Shown here in pieces: positions 1 to 9,000 of a stretch of DNA of 49,774 nt (its first letter is position 1; every line of letters begins with the position of its first letter). The notes under the pieces are model-generated. The model was not told the DNA's origin. It was given only the letters and a program-made list of their open reading frames with translations, and did not search any database. The stretch comes from an uncultured Candidatus Saccharibacteria bacterium (lineage in GTDB: Bacteria; Patescibacteriota; Dojkabacteria; JAOAGR01), in NCBI GenBank assembly GCA_964626735.1, contig CAZVIJ010000005.1:1-49774 (forward strand). The letters are read 5' to 3'. The position numbers were made by a program, and so were the translations under genes.

Positions 1-727
1 GTTTTAAATCTTCGTGGTTGAACGTGAACCAATCGGGGATTTCAGGCTTGTACGGATCTTCGTCTTCAATTACGGCAATAAGGTTTACCAGCTCCTTTAC
101 TTCGCCAACCTTGATAATCCCCTTCTTTGAGCCGAATTTCATGACGTGCCGAAGCAGCTGAGGCCAAGCATGGCGTATCGTATCGGCGCGTACGACATAC
201 GCCGACTTTTCGGATGAGAACTTATCGGCAACGGGCGGTTCTGGCTCGGGGAATATTTCGGGTTCTCCCCATGGCCGAATATCCGAGTCCGGCCGGGTAA
301 CTTGGTCGATTTGTTCCTGTATTTTCGCGAACGCGGAATTTCCCACCATGTTGATATATCGCACATTCTTCCGAAACCGTTCGATTGCTGCTTTCTCTAT
401 TTCCACATCGACCAGCGCTTTCTCCACTTCGATAACGTTATTCGACTCGTCGATTCCTTTATCGATAAGGTTCATTAGCGCTTCCGCACTTCCCGACAGG
501 TTCGCTCCGCAGATTATAATCGTGTCGATAATCGGGTTAGCGAGAATATTCCGTACGATGAAGTTAATGCCGCGTTTGGAATAGAGCTGGCCGGCTAGAG
601 AGAATGAATCTTGATTGAGCTTTGGTACGATCGCTTGCACCGGTGTCCATAGCGTAACGACGCCAACATTCGATTTGAGATTTCCTTTATGAAGCTTATC
701 TCGATAATACAGGGGCCACGTATCCAT
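1..727 (-). CDS. Thymidylate synthase-like protein, N-terminal 242 aa only (MtrA-like/DUF4346-type N-domain followed by the start of a ThyA-like domain); 3' end runs off the window
   Basis: Absent from the supplied track because it has no stop inside the window. My reverse-strand translation from the ATG at 727-725 stays open to position 1: MDTWPLYYRDKLHKGNLKSNVGVVTLWTPVQAIV...TIIICGANLSGSAEALMNLIDKG...RADTIRHAWPQLLRHVMKFGSKKGIIKVGEVKELVNLIAVIEDEDPY. The last part resembles the N-terminus of archaeal-type thymidylate synthases. Family call is by eye only. Confidence 0.5.
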   Translation of the reverse strand, partial: MDTWPLYYRDKLHKGNLKSNVGVVTLWTPVQAIVPKLNQDSFSLAGQLYSKRGINFIVRNILANPIIDTIIICGANLSGSAEALMNLIDKGIDESNNVIEVEKALVDVEIEKAAIERFRKNVRYINMVGNSAFAKIQEQIDQVTRPDSDIRPWGEPEIFPEPEPPVADKFSSEKSAYVVRADTIRHAWPQLLRHVMKFGSKKGIIKVGEVKELVNLIAVIEDEDPYKPEIPDWFTFNHEDLK

Positions 728-778
728 TATGGAATTTTACAAGATTGCTTTTTAAAACTCACGTATCATAATAGGTGT

Positions 779-1096
779 ATGAAACTAATATATGTTACGC
801 TCAATGACGAGCAGGAAGCTCGAAAGATTTCCATCAAGCTTCTCAAGGCCGAACTTGCGAACTGCACGAATTGGTTTCCTATAACCTGCATGTACAACTG
901 GGAAAATAAGGTGACCGAAGAGCCGGAAGTCGTTCTCGTAATCAAAACAATCGAGGAAAAGTTCGACGAAATCGTTGAAGTTATCAAGTCCGAAATCGAC
1001 TTCACGAATTGTATAGCCCAGCTGAATGTCGAGCGATGCAACGACGATTTCAAGGAGTGGCTGCATGGAATCGTTCGCCACGACTCTAATGAGTAA
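779..1096 (+). CDS. cutA: Divalent-cation tolerance protein CutA
   Basis: MKLIYVTLNDEQEARKISIKLLKAELANCTNWFPITCMYNWENKVTEEPEVVLVIKT matches the CutA1 pattern (AxC.n..P.v.S.Y.W.g.....E..L.iKT). I use the internal ATG at 779, in frame with track ORF 689..1096, because the 689 start would overlap the divergent gene start at 727. Confidence 0.75.
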   Translation: MKLIYVTLNDEQEARKISIKLLKAELANCTNWFPITCMYNWENKVTEEPEVVLVIKTIEEKFDEIVEVIKSEIDFTNCIAQLNVERCNDDFKEWLHGIVRHDSNE

Positions 1097-1114
1097 TCGA
1101 TGCTATGAGTAAGA

Positions 1115-2071
1115 TTATGCAACGACTCTCCTGATCTTTTTCCCCATCGATTCGAATAGCTTAAAGGAATAGCCTTCCGAGTGATCATGGGTATACACGA
1201 TTTCCTCGATATCGGTGAGGGCCAAAAGTTTAGCGCATGTTGGGCATGGCATGAGATTTACGTATAACGTCGTGCCTTTAAGCGACGCTCCTCTTCTCAG
1301 CATTTTTTCGATGACTACCATCTCGGCATGGATCGTATCGTAATTGTTCAAATCATTGGGTGGCGTATAGAACTTTTCCCTGAGCGATCCGTGATGCATC
1401 GCAAAGGTTTCGTACGGGAGCACCATATTGTGCCCTGTCTCGACTACGCGGCCCTCAATTGCGAGGACGCAGCCCGTTTGCCACGTATAGTCGTATGATC
1501 GTGCGGAGACTGCCGCGGCAAGCCCTATCAATTCCACCTCGCTGTACCGTTTAGAGTTATCGAACTTCGTTGACTGAGCAATTTTCTCTACCATCGATGC
1601 TTCGAACGATTTTGCCTCGTCATCGCTCGAGAATGGCGAAATGAGCTTGTACTTCGTGCGCTTGCGGGCAAGCTCGGTGAAAACCTTCGTAGTATGGAAG
1701 ACAAATTTCCACGATCCGTTGATGAATAGCGCTTGCGCGAAGTCGATCTTATCCAAGATGTAGGGAAGTTCACTTTGGCTATATTCGATACTATCGATAG
1801 GGTTTGGAAGTTTCATCGTCGCGACTTTACCGAGAACCTGGCTTAGTTTGCTCGGAGACAATGTCCTGAATTGGGGCTGTCCCGAAAACCCTTCGATATA
1901 ACTATCCGTAAGCGTTCCCCAAAGGATCGGTCCTTTGTTGATGTATTCTTTTATTATTTGGCCTATTCTCTTCGGCGAGATCTCGCGCGAGCCCGCGACG
2001 AAAACCAGTCCGTCCTTTTTAAGCGCCGACTTGTCTTTAAACGCAATATCAGACCATTGGTATGTTGTCAT
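1115..2071 (-). CDS. dCMP/CMP deaminase (zinc-binding) with a ~170-aa N-terminal domain of unknown function
   Basis: The C-terminal half carries the cytidine/deoxycytidylate deaminase zinc motifs HAEMVVIE ... PCPTCAKLL. The N-terminal 170 aa has no motif I recognise. It sits beside the thymidylate-synthase-like gene. Confidence 0.75.
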   Translation of the reverse strand: MTTYQWSDIAFKDKSALKKDGLVFVAGSREISPKRIGQIIKEYINKGPILWGTLTDSYIEGFSGQPQFRTLSPSKLSQVLGKVATMKLPNPIDSIEYSQSELPYILDKIDFAQALFINGSWKFVFHTTKVFTELARKRTKYKLISPFSSDDEAKSFEASMVEKIAQSTKFDNSKRYSEVELIGLAAAVSARSYDYTWQTGCVLAIEGRVVETGHNMVLPYETFAMHHGSLREKFYTPPNDLNNYDTIHAEMVVIEKMLRRGASLKGTTLYVNLMPCPTCAKLLALTDIEEIVYTHDHSEGYSFKLFESMGKKIRRVVA

Positions 2072-2588
2072 TGGATTGATACTTCTTCGTGTATTTGCCG
2101 GATAGCTTCTCTATTTCCTTATGCATCTTTTGGTAAATGGCGGCATTTTCTAAAGGGGTGTACTTCAATTCCCTGAAATTCCAGACACATAGATCGGCTT
2201 CGTCGAATGGAATAAACTGCGCGTGCAGATGATCGCTTACGCTCATTTGCGCCTTCGTTCCCCCTTCGCGGATAACGGTCCACATTCCCCCGATACCATG
2301 CGCCTGCTTGATAATTTTCTTGGCTATATAGGCGAACTTGCGGATCGTTTGCCATTCTTCAGCGGTCAGTTCCTTGGGCGACGAAACATGTCTTCGGGGG
2401 ATTGCCATCAGTTGGCCATCGATATAGGGATATAGATTGACGGTCAGTACGATTCCGTTTTCCTCGCGTATGATGTACTTCTCCTTAAGGTCGCAAAAGA
2501 CGCACTTGCCCGTATTCTGCCAAATTGTGGTGTATTCTCCCGATGTGCGAGCTCGTTTCATTAATTCCTGGTCGCTATCCATGTGCAA
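2049..2588 (-). CDS. HIT-family nucleotide hydrolase/transferase
   Basis: CVFCD near the N-terminus, NLYPYIDGQLMAIPRRHV, and a histidine-triad-like SDHLHAQFIP. Its 3' end overlaps the downstream deaminase start by 23 nt. Confidence 0.6.
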   Translation of the reverse strand: MHMDSDQELMKRARTSGEYTTIWQNTGKCVFCDLKEKYIIREENGIVLTVNLYPYIDGQLMAIPRRHVSSPKELTAEEWQTIRKFAYIAKKIIKQAHGIGGMWTVIREGGTKAQMSVSDHLHAQFIPFDEADLCVWNFRELKYTPLENAAIYQKMHKEIEKLSGKYTKKYQSNDNIPMV

Positions 2589-2604
2589 CGCAGTATAGCA
2601 AAAT

Positions 2605-3552
2605 TCAGTTTTGGGTTACGCCCCTGAGATCTTTCAGAGAAATTACCGGGTTGCCGGGTTTCTCGTCGTTGTAGCTGAAATCCTTAGTCCTATTCGGTAC
2701 TCGAGGCTGCTCGACGCTCAGCTCCGGACTCATCACCAGCTGCTGTGGAGTCGCCTGTGACTTTGTTTTCTTCATGAAGCGCCTCTTCATCTTCCCGAGC
2801 GTTTGGTCGGAGTAGTCCATGACATAGTTGTCGTCGTACTCGCTTGCTGTTTGCCGATCGCTTTCAGGCGATTTGATGAAGAATTTCCTGATGTTGAATA
2901 CGAAAAACGAGACGATAAAGAGGAGGAACGATGTGGTCACCGGGAGGCTCTTGAAGAACGGCACGCTCGACTCGACCACGAGCAGGAGTACGCAGATGCC
3001 CACAATCGCAAGGGCGATCATGTTCGCTTTCTTCACGACCACACTTTTTTTTCGGTGCGTTAGCGTATACAGACCGCCATACACGAAACTGAGGGCATAG
3101 AGGATGAAGCTTGAAACAGTCGATATGCCTTCGTGCGGTCGAGAAATTTCCATAATGCAGAATATGAAGAATAAGAAGATTACTCCCACGTTTACCCAAA
3201 CTTCAGCGTAGATATCGTGCACGAATTTATTTTGCTTGAACAATATAGCCGCGTCCTTAGAGACAAATTGGTTGAGAATCTCGATGGCGAATTTTATTCC
3301 GAGGCCTACGCCGAGAATGAGAATGCTGCACACGAACGATACCCACAAAAGGGTTTGCGATATTATGAAGCTTTGATACTCACCCTGCCTGAAATAGAGC
3401 GAATTGAATAAATACGCGATTACGAACGCTAATCCGAGGATCTCCAGGAAGTATGCGCGGGGGCTTTGGAATCGCTTGTTTTTGCTGAAAAGATGTAATA
3501 GGGCCTTTACCACTGTGTAGAGGTAAAGGCCTATTATTAGAGTGTACTCCAT
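2605..3552 (-). CDS. Polytopic membrane protein, unknown function
   Basis: About 7 hydrophobic segments followed by a charged ~90-aa tail. It lies 10 nt downstream of the giant surface-protein gene on the same strand. Confidence 0.6.
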   Translation of the reverse strand: MEYTLIIGLYLYTVVKALLHLFSKNKRFQSPRAYFLEILGLAFVIAYLFNSLYFRQGEYQSFIISQTLLWVSFVCSILILGVGLGIKFAIEILNQFVSKDAAILFKQNKFVHDIYAEVWVNVGVIFLFFIFCIMEISRPHEGISTVSSFILYALSFVYGGLYTLTHRKKSVVVKKANMIALAIVGICVLLLVVESSVPFFKSLPVTTSFLLFIVSFFVFNIRKFFIKSPESDRQTASEYDDNYVMDYSDQTLGKMKRRFMKKTKSQATPQQLVMSPELSVEQPRVPNRTKDFSYNDEKPGNPVISLKDLRGVTQN

Positions 3553-3562
3553 GTTTGGGCGG

Positions 3563-6500
3563 CTATTTATTCTTGATCTTGCTTACGATATCACTGATCT
3601 TATCATTTAAAGTACCGCTCTGGTTACCGAGAGTGCCGGCATGGTGCGATCGCATCGCGGGCTGCCTTACACCCTTTCTTCGTACGGTCATGTACGCAAC
3701 TCCTGCCAAACCGATGAGGAAGATTCCCATGTACTTCACGACATCTTTCGATGACAGACCGGTTGCCGGCGTCGTCGTAATCTTAACGGTTGCATGAGCG
3801 CATCCTCCTGCCGGCGTCATCAAGCAAATCGTATTCGGGTAATCACCCGTAGTATTGGATGCCGTCATTTGGTACGTAATGGTCATTTGCTGAGTCGGGC
3901 TCAAGGTTACCTGCTCGCCTGATGCGAATGTCCATGTCATCTTGCCTGCGTCTATCGTCGGTTCCTTCTTGAAGGTCGTGCCGTCCGGCTTCGTGAATGT
4001 TGCCGTATCGGTTACGTAGGTGAACTCGTCTGCATAGTCGTCTTCTATTTGAACAATCGGCGCTGCATACGATCCGTTATTGGTAATAACCGAGGTATAG
4101 GTGATCTTGGCGCCGGGGGAAGCAACCGTCGGATTAGCCTGCTTGGTAATCGTAAACTCTTCCTTGCACTGGTTGTTAAGAACTGTTACGTCAACTTCAT
4201 ACGTCGGTGCAGAATATGTTGGACTCGTGCTGAGTGCCGTTACGTTATTCGTTACGACTTCCGCGCAGTTGTTGTTGCCGGTGAAGAAGTCAGACTTCAC
4301 CGTTGCGAGGAACGAATAGGTTCTCGTTTCTCCCGCAGGTACCGGATTTGTCTGTCCCGTCGATGCCGGATTCCAGGTAATCACATTATTCGATCTCGTA
4401 CCGCCGTTGCTGATGCTCGTGATATCGAACTTGCTGAAGAAGACTGGATCGAGCGTGTCGGTTATCGTGACGTTCGCGAGGTCGATTTGGCTTCCCGAGG
4501 TATTCGTGAACGTTACCTTGTAAGCGAAGGTATCTCCCGGCTTTACGACATTGACCGGATTAGCCATCTGCTGGTCGAGCGCCTGCTTGGTCACCGTAAA
4601 CGATGGGGTCGCAGTGAATACATCCTTATGGTCGCAGATGAAGTACCTGTCGGTTCCGCTGTCGTACTGTCCGTTATTGTTGACATCGCTGTACATACAT
4701 ACGGTGTTTCTCAACGTAGGCGTATTGGTGAAGTTGAGGATATCAACCGTAATGTTGCCGGTGTACTTTTCGCCTGGTTGGAAGTGAGCGACTTTGGTCC
4801 ACGTGACTTTCTTGGTTCCCGATGCATATGGGCCGTTGCCGGACGGAGTTGCTGGCGCGATTGGATTCGGCGTCGAGGTTGCCGTACCGCTTGCGATCTT
4901 CGCCGCCGTCAGGTCGGTCGCGTTGGTGATATCTCCAAATGCTGGGCTCACCGGAGCATTGGCATTCGTAGGATCGAATGCGGTCAGCTCGTCGTAAATC
5001 ACTACGTTGTCCAGAACGTTATTACCTGCGTTTCGTACATCGATATCGTACTTAACGATCGATGAGTTGGTGACCGTATAGTTAGGAGCTGTTCCCAAAA
5101 GTCCGGTCGACTGCCCTGCCCCATTCGGTTCGATTGTCTTCGTGACTTGCGGCAACGGAGTGAAGGTATACGTAAACCTACAGCTCGTCGGCGATGATGC
5201 GAAGTTGCCGTTATTATCAGTTGTCGTACCGACGATATTGAAGGACGAGATGCTGGTAGATGTCGGAACTGCGACTTGGAACGTATTGGTCGTCGTCTGC
5301 GTCTGACGTGCAAATCCCGGAAGGTTCGAATCGATGATGTACTTGACCGGATTACCGCTCGGGTTCGATGCAGTCAACTGTACGTTCAGCGTATCGCCCT
5401 GCTTGATATTCGTATTCGGCGTTACGGTGATGTACGAGCAAACCGGCGGAGGTGTCGTAGGCGTTGGTGTTGCAGTAGGAGTAGCGGTGCTCGTAGGCGT
5501 CGGCGTATTAACCGGGGTCGTCGGCGTTGGAGTGGAGGTCGAGCCGAGAGAGAAGTTAAGGACACATGAGGTAGCTGCATTGGGGAGCGTACCTGACATT
5601 ACCTCTACATAAGCCTTGTAATCAGGTCCAGTACCCAGATGCAATCCTGCCGGAAGCGTGAATGTTTGGTTGCATTGTCCTGAGCCTGCTGCACACGACA
5701 TCGTCGATGCGAACGTATTGTAGTAGTTGGTTGCGTGGTTCGTATTCTCGACATGGATTCGGTACGAGTACGATCCGTTCGATCCCTTAGTCGTCGTCGC
5801 GGTGAATGTCGGGGTATCGCCAACGTTGTATACCGTCTGGTTCGAGGTCAAGCTATTGCAGACCGGGTTCGTTCCTGATGGAGGTCGGGTTGCCGTAGGA
5901 GTCGAGCCTGTAGGAGTTGTTGTCGGAACGCCTTGGGAAGGAGTTGGAGATACGGTCGAAGGGCATCGGTATGGGTTGCTGCAGGTCGTATCGGAGAATT
6001 TACCGCCCTCGGGGTGCTTGCTGCAGTCAGCACCGCAATCTAGCGCACCGTAGGTTCTCTTACCGTATCGATATGACTTGCCGTTAACCGTGATAGTTGT
6101 AATTTCGTTCTTGCAGTAACACATCTCATTTACCTTCGGATCGCAGCCTCCTTTGAAGCTTGCCTTTGCACATTTGCCACCACCAGCTTCGTATCGGCAG
6201 TCTGAGCCAGGTACCAAATCCCACTCACTCAAAGGTGGAATGGTAGGAGTGATGACAGAAGTAACGCCACTGCTTCGGGCGCAAATCCAGCCGCCTGAAG
6301 TACACGTATATTGGCCTTGGAATTGATCAGAACCTTGCGATGTACATGAGCCACACTGAGTATTCAAACCAGCCAATCCGCTTCCGCATCCGGGAGCTTG
6401 GCTTCTATCGCAGGTAGGACCGGTTGGGGTCGTACCGCCGGAGACGGGAATACACTTAACATTTCGCGCTTCGCAGTTTCCGGGCGACTCGTTACAGCCA

Positions 6501-6877
6501 ACGCCTTTCTTACAATAAACGTCGAATTCATGCTGCTGGCTTGCGCATTCGAGCCCTTTCTCAGTTCTATGTCGACAATATTCATAACCGGTCGAACCAC
6601 CTGATGGACACTCGCCGGCACCAGAACACGTACCGTTATTGCACTTTCCGTGCACATCCCACGAACCGTTACCGTCGCAGTCCTTGCCGCAGATCGCGCC
6701 GTTATTGCTGCCGTCCGGATTGCAGCCGTAGTTGGCGCTCGATGGTGTAGGATTTACATTTTGCTTCCTCTGCAGGCTAACCGCAGTAGCGATCGCCAAT
6801 CCTGCAAGGAGCAGCGTCATCAGCAACAGGAAATATGTTACTAGACGGGGATTTTTGAATAACTTAAGACGTGTCAT
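3563..6877 (-). CDS. Giant secreted/cell-surface protein: N-terminal TM/signal, Cys-rich region, Thr/Pro linkers, DUF11-type repeats, C-terminal TM anchor
   Basis: N-terminus: MTRLKLFKNPRLVTYFLLLMTLLLAGLAIA. About 27 Cys fall within ~290 aa. TPTPT-type linkers are present. Repeats match the DUF11 'conserved repeat domain' pattern: VKPGDTFAYKVTFTNTSGSQIDLANVTITDTLDP, ASPGAKITYTSVITNNGSYAAPIVQIEDDYADEF and KYDIDVRNAGNNVLDNVVIYDEL. C-terminus: TPATG..MGIFLIGLAGVAYMTVRRKG. Confidence 0.8.
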   Translation of the reverse strand: MTRLKLFKNPRLVTYFLLLMTLLLAGLAIATAVSLQRKQNVNPTPSSANYGCNPDGSNNGAICGKDCDGNGSWDVHGKCNNGTCSGAGECPSGGSTGYEYCRHRTEKGLECASQQHEFDVYCKKGVGCNESPGNCEARNVKCIPVSGGTTPTGPTCDRSQAPGCGSGLAGLNTQCGSCTSQGSDQFQGQYTCTSGGWICARSSGVTSVITPTIPPLSEWDLVPGSDCRYEAGGGKCAKASFKGGCDPKVNEMCYCKNEITTITVNGKSYRYGKRTYGALDCGADCSKHPEGGKFSDTTCSNPYRCPSTVSPTPSQGVPTTTPTGSTPTATRPPSGTNPVCNSLTSNQTVYNVGDTPTFTATTTKGSNGSYSYRIHVENTNHATNYYNTFASTMSCAAGSGQCNQTFTLPAGLHLGTGPDYKAYVEVMSGTLPNAATSCVLNFSLGSTSTPTPTTPVNTPTPTSTATPTATPTPTTPPPVCSYITVTPNTNIKQGDTLNVQLTASNPSGNPVKYIIDSNLPGFARQTQTTTNTFQVAVPTSTSISSFNIVGTTTDNNGNFASSPTSCRFTYTFTPLPQVTKTIEPNGAGQSTGLLGTAPNYTVTNSSIVKYDIDVRNAGNNVLDNVVIYDELTAFDPTNANAPVSPAFGDITNATDLTAAKIASGTATSTPNPIAPATPSGNGPYASGTKKVTWTKVAHFQPGEKYTGNITVDILNFTNTPTLRNTVCMYSDVNNNGQYDSGTDRYFICDHKDVFTATPSFTVTKQALDQQMANPVNVVKPGDTFAYKVTFTNTSGSQIDLANVTITDTLDPVFFSKFDITSISNGGTRSNNVITWNPASTGQTNPVPAGETRTYSFLATVKSDFFTGNNNCAEVVTNNVTALSTSPTYSAPTYEVDVTVLNNQCKEEFTITKQANPTVASPGAKITYTSVITNNGSYAAPIVQIEDDYADEFTYVTDTATFTKPDGTTFKKEPTIDAGKMTWTFASGEQVTLSPTQQMTITYQMTASNTTGDYPNTICLMTPAGGCAHATVKITTTPATGLSSKDVVKYMGIFLIGLAGVAYMTVRRKGVRQPAMRSHHAGTLGNQSGTLNDKISDIVSKIKNK

Positions 6878-6953
6878 ATTAGTGGCCTAATTTTTGTACA
6901 TATCAAATTAACAAATGGCATGCTTTAAATCAACACACAAGCAACAACTCAAC

Positions 6954-6981
6954 AAAAAGGACCTATCGTTTCGATAGGTCC
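6954..6981 (-). terminator. Rho-independent terminator of the 7007..8695 gene
   Basis: Reverse strand reads GGACCTATCG-AAA-CGATAGGTCC followed by TTTTTG. The stem is 6959-6968/6972-6981 and the U-tract corresponds to the plus-strand A run at 6954-6958. Confidence 0.7.
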
Positions 6982-7006
6982 ATCAGGGTTTTCAATAGAT
7001 AACATA

Positions 7007-8695
7007 CTACTCGTTCGTGAATTTTTCTCCGTCTGCGTTTGAATCTGGCTTCTTGTCGATATTCTCTACATCCAGCTCTCGCCTGCGTAACGCGTTGTGC
7101 GGATCGACAACGGTGCCGTCTGGCAAATCGAGCGTCACCTCGTTCGGATCGGGAATCTTGTATCTGCTCGGATCGAGCGGATCGTTGGAATGCGTTTCAT
7201 TTCTTTGGCCAATCGTGCTTACCGATTCTATAACCGGTTCAAGTTCGAGGTCTTCTTTCTTTTCGTTCCTTCGCTTTCTCGAATACAAGTAGTAGATATA
7301 GCTTCCGATAATCGCCATAATAGCCAACGCTGCGGCCACCAGAGCTAACGTAATGGGATTGTTGAGCAAAGAGATTTCGCTCTTCTTTTCCCCTTCATCG
7401 CCCGCCGTTGCCGTTGGTGTTGCGGTAGCACCATCCTTGTTGTACTTGACCAAGACAACCTTTGAAGTTGTCTCGTCATTCTTGTACTTGGTTGACACTT
7501 CTACTTGCTTGATCGAAGGAAGGTTATCGAGCGTTATCGAAAAAGCCCCCGTCTGCAGGTCGATACCCAATACCTCGTTTACGCTAGTCTTATCGTCTAT
7601 TTTGTAGGTAACCTTGGTAGCGGGATCCGACACCTTCCCTTTCAATGACGTGCTCGCTGAATTCGTTTCTATGATCGCCTGATCAAGTTCGAGCGACGGC
7701 ATCACCGAAGTGCTCGAAAACGCATCTAGATTGACGGTTACCGTACTGAGCGACTTATTCCAAGTCGCTCTACCGTCAATAAGCGACATCGGCTGTCCCT
7801 TTACCTTAATGCGAGGTTCGCTCACGAAAACCATATTCTTGAACGTTACCTTGGCTTTTTTGGTAAGGAAGCCCATATCTTGCGCTACGGTGAGTTTACC
7901 CCATGTAGGCACAATCGACTGATCAAGCTTTGCCAGCTTTCCGACCACATCGGTGCCTGAGAAATCTATTGGTTCTATCCATTCGATGAGGACGTCGGCT
8001 GTTTCCAGGGTAAAGTTCGGAAACGCGGTGATGTTTTGCGTCGTCACTGTTTTAAGGCTAGTCGTCTTACTCCCCGCGAACAAATACTTATCATTCAATT
8101 TAACGATCGATACGGGGGTATCGAGCGCGTTGAGCTTTGGTAACGATTGATCGAATGACGACTTATACGACCCGTCGATATACACATCGGCGCGAAACGT
8201 CTTCATGGTTATTTGAGAACCGCCCTGCAGCCCACGAGGGTCTTTCCAAGTAGTAGGAAGCGTAAATCCGGCTACGAGCCCATTCGGTACGGCGGGATCG
8301 GCGACAACGGTATACGAAACGCTATAGTTCTTCGTTTCGCCGGGGTCGAACGAATTGATAATCCAAGATCGGTTATTGAACCCTGCGGGGAAATCTCCCG
8401 TATCGACCAGCTTATTAAACGAAGGTGAAACATCGGTATTAGTTGCGTCGAGGATGTTTTTGTAGAACGGTATACGCAATTCCAGGTTTTTTATCGTGCT
8501 GTCCGAGTTATTGGTTACCGATATCGCGATCTTAAAAGGATCTGCCGCTTTGACTTCGGATTTATCGACCGACATGCTGACTGAATAGTCAGAACTCCTC
8601 GCATGAGTCTTAATGCTTCCTCCCGGCATAACGATGGATGCGACCAACGCAATCCCGAATATCCTCAATATTTTACTTAGCATACGTGCGTTCAT
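7007..8695 (-). CDS. Type-I membrane-anchored surface protein (signal peptide, large ectodomain, TM, ~95-aa cytoplasmic tail)
   Basis: N-terminal signal MNARMLSKILRIFGIALVASIVMPG. C-terminal TM segment ITLALVAAALAIMAIIGSYIYYLY followed by SRKRRNEKKE. Shares an IEWIEPIDFSG...KKAKVTF module with the 33886..35187 product. Confidence 0.7.
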   Translation of the reverse strand: MNARMLSKILRIFGIALVASIVMPGGSIKTHARSSDYSVSMSVDKSEVKAADPFKIAISVTNNSDSTIKNLELRIPFYKNILDATNTDVSPSFNKLVDTGDFPAGFNNRSWIINSFDPGETKNYSVSYTVVADPAVPNGLVAGFTLPTTWKDPRGLQGGSQITMKTFRADVYIDGSYKSSFDQSLPKLNALDTPVSIVKLNDKYLFAGSKTTSLKTVTTQNITAFPNFTLETADVLIEWIEPIDFSGTDVVGKLAKLDQSIVPTWGKLTVAQDMGFLTKKAKVTFKNMVFVSEPRIKVKGQPMSLIDGRATWNKSLSTVTVNLDAFSSTSVMPSLELDQAIIETNSASTSLKGKVSDPATKVTYKIDDKTSVNEVLGIDLQTGAFSITLDNLPSIKQVEVSTKYKNDETTSKVVLVKYNKDGATATPTATAGDEGEKKSEISLLNNPITLALVAAALAIMAIIGSYIYYLYSRKRRNEKKEDLELEPVIESVSTIGQRNETHSNDPLDPSRYKIPDPNEVTLDLPDGTVVDPHNALRRRELDVENIDKKPDSNADGEKFTNE

Positions 8696-8747
8696 GATAC
8701 CAAATTAAATGATCTTAGTATTTACTTATGAAATTGGGGGGACACGA

Positions 8748-8777
8748 TTGCCAAAACATCGATAAGTATAGTATTAT
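8748..8777 (+). promoter_or_regulatory. Candidate sigma70-type promoter for tRNA-Val
   Basis: TTGCCA (8748-8753), an 18-nt spacer, then TATTAT (8772-8777), about 18 nt upstream of the mature tRNA 5' end. Pattern match only. Confidence 0.3.
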
Positions 8778-8794
8778 CTTCTGTCTTACGGTGA

Positions 8795-8871
8795 GGGTTC
8801 ATAGCTCAGCTGGTTAGAGCGCTACTATGACACGGTAGAGGTCACTGGTTCGAATCCAGTTGAACCCACCA
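8795..8871 (+). tRNA. tRNA-Val (anticodon GAC), genome-encoded CCA
   Basis: Manual cloverleaf: acceptor GGGTTCA/TGAACCC, D arm GCTC-AGCTGGTTA-GAGC, anticodon arm CTACT-ATGACAC-GGTAG (GAC at positions 34-36), T arm ACTGG-TTCGAAT-CCAGT, discriminator A, then CCA. Confidence 0.9.
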
Positions 8872-8873
8872 GT

Positions 8874-8923
8874 AAAAGTCCGGTTCAGCACTTTGTATTA
8901 GAATGTTGAACCGGACTTTTTTG
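8874..8923. terminator. Bidirectional hairpin terminator between tRNA-Val (+) and the 9001..12501 gene (-)
   Basis: AAAAGTCCGGTTCA (8874-8887) pairs with TGAACCGGACTTTT (8907-8920). An A-run precedes it and a T-run follows. Confidence 0.7.
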
Positions 8924-9000
8924 TATGAAAGAAAAACCTCCTGTTCGGAGGATTACGATTGTTAGGAATTTTTACGAGAGTTTCAGAAAAAGCGATGTGC

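Noticed and set aside
689-778. The longer track start for cutA (689), and likewise 26945 for ruvX and 36849 for the GIY-YIG gene.
   Set aside because: In each case the N-terminal extension overlaps a neighbouring gene or the lexA promoter/operator and adds residues outside the conserved family N-terminus. In-frame internal ATGs at 779, 26993 and 36792 give canonical N-termini.
3563-3800. TPATG followed by a hydrophobic helix and RRKG at the C-terminus of the 1104-aa protein, considered as an LPXTG sortase sorting signal.
   Set aside because: The motif lacks the Leu/Pro-context consensus and is separated from the helix by about 10 residues. About 40 residues follow the helix rather than a short basic tail. 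No sortase gene is in the window. I treat it as a plain TM anchor unless a sortase with matching specificity is found.
4049-5065. Long antisense ORFs inside well-supported genes. This 338-aa ORF is one. Others are 14726..15376, 17187..18023, 22071..22610, 22854..23408, 24096..24611, 27930..28559, 29352..30167, 31706..32410, 41440..42066 and 44402..44884.
   Set aside because: Each lies opposite a gene with clear family motifs (the DUF11 protein, leuS, murA, the M16 peptidase, the antiporter, the SDR-like gene, the ATE-like gene, typA, DUF72). Their products are Arg/Leu/Val-rich, low in information and carry no motifs. This is the usual shadow-ORF artefact of codon bias.
5440-5540. Tandem-looking short repeats (GGTGT/GGCGT units here, and similar runs at about 45790-45900 and 47640-47800) that could be mistaken for repeat arrays or CRISPR.
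   Set aside because: They are the antisense of Thr/Pro-rich (ACN/CCN) linker-coding segments inside long ORFs. They show no spacer-repeat periodicity of 25-40 nt, and no cas genes are present.
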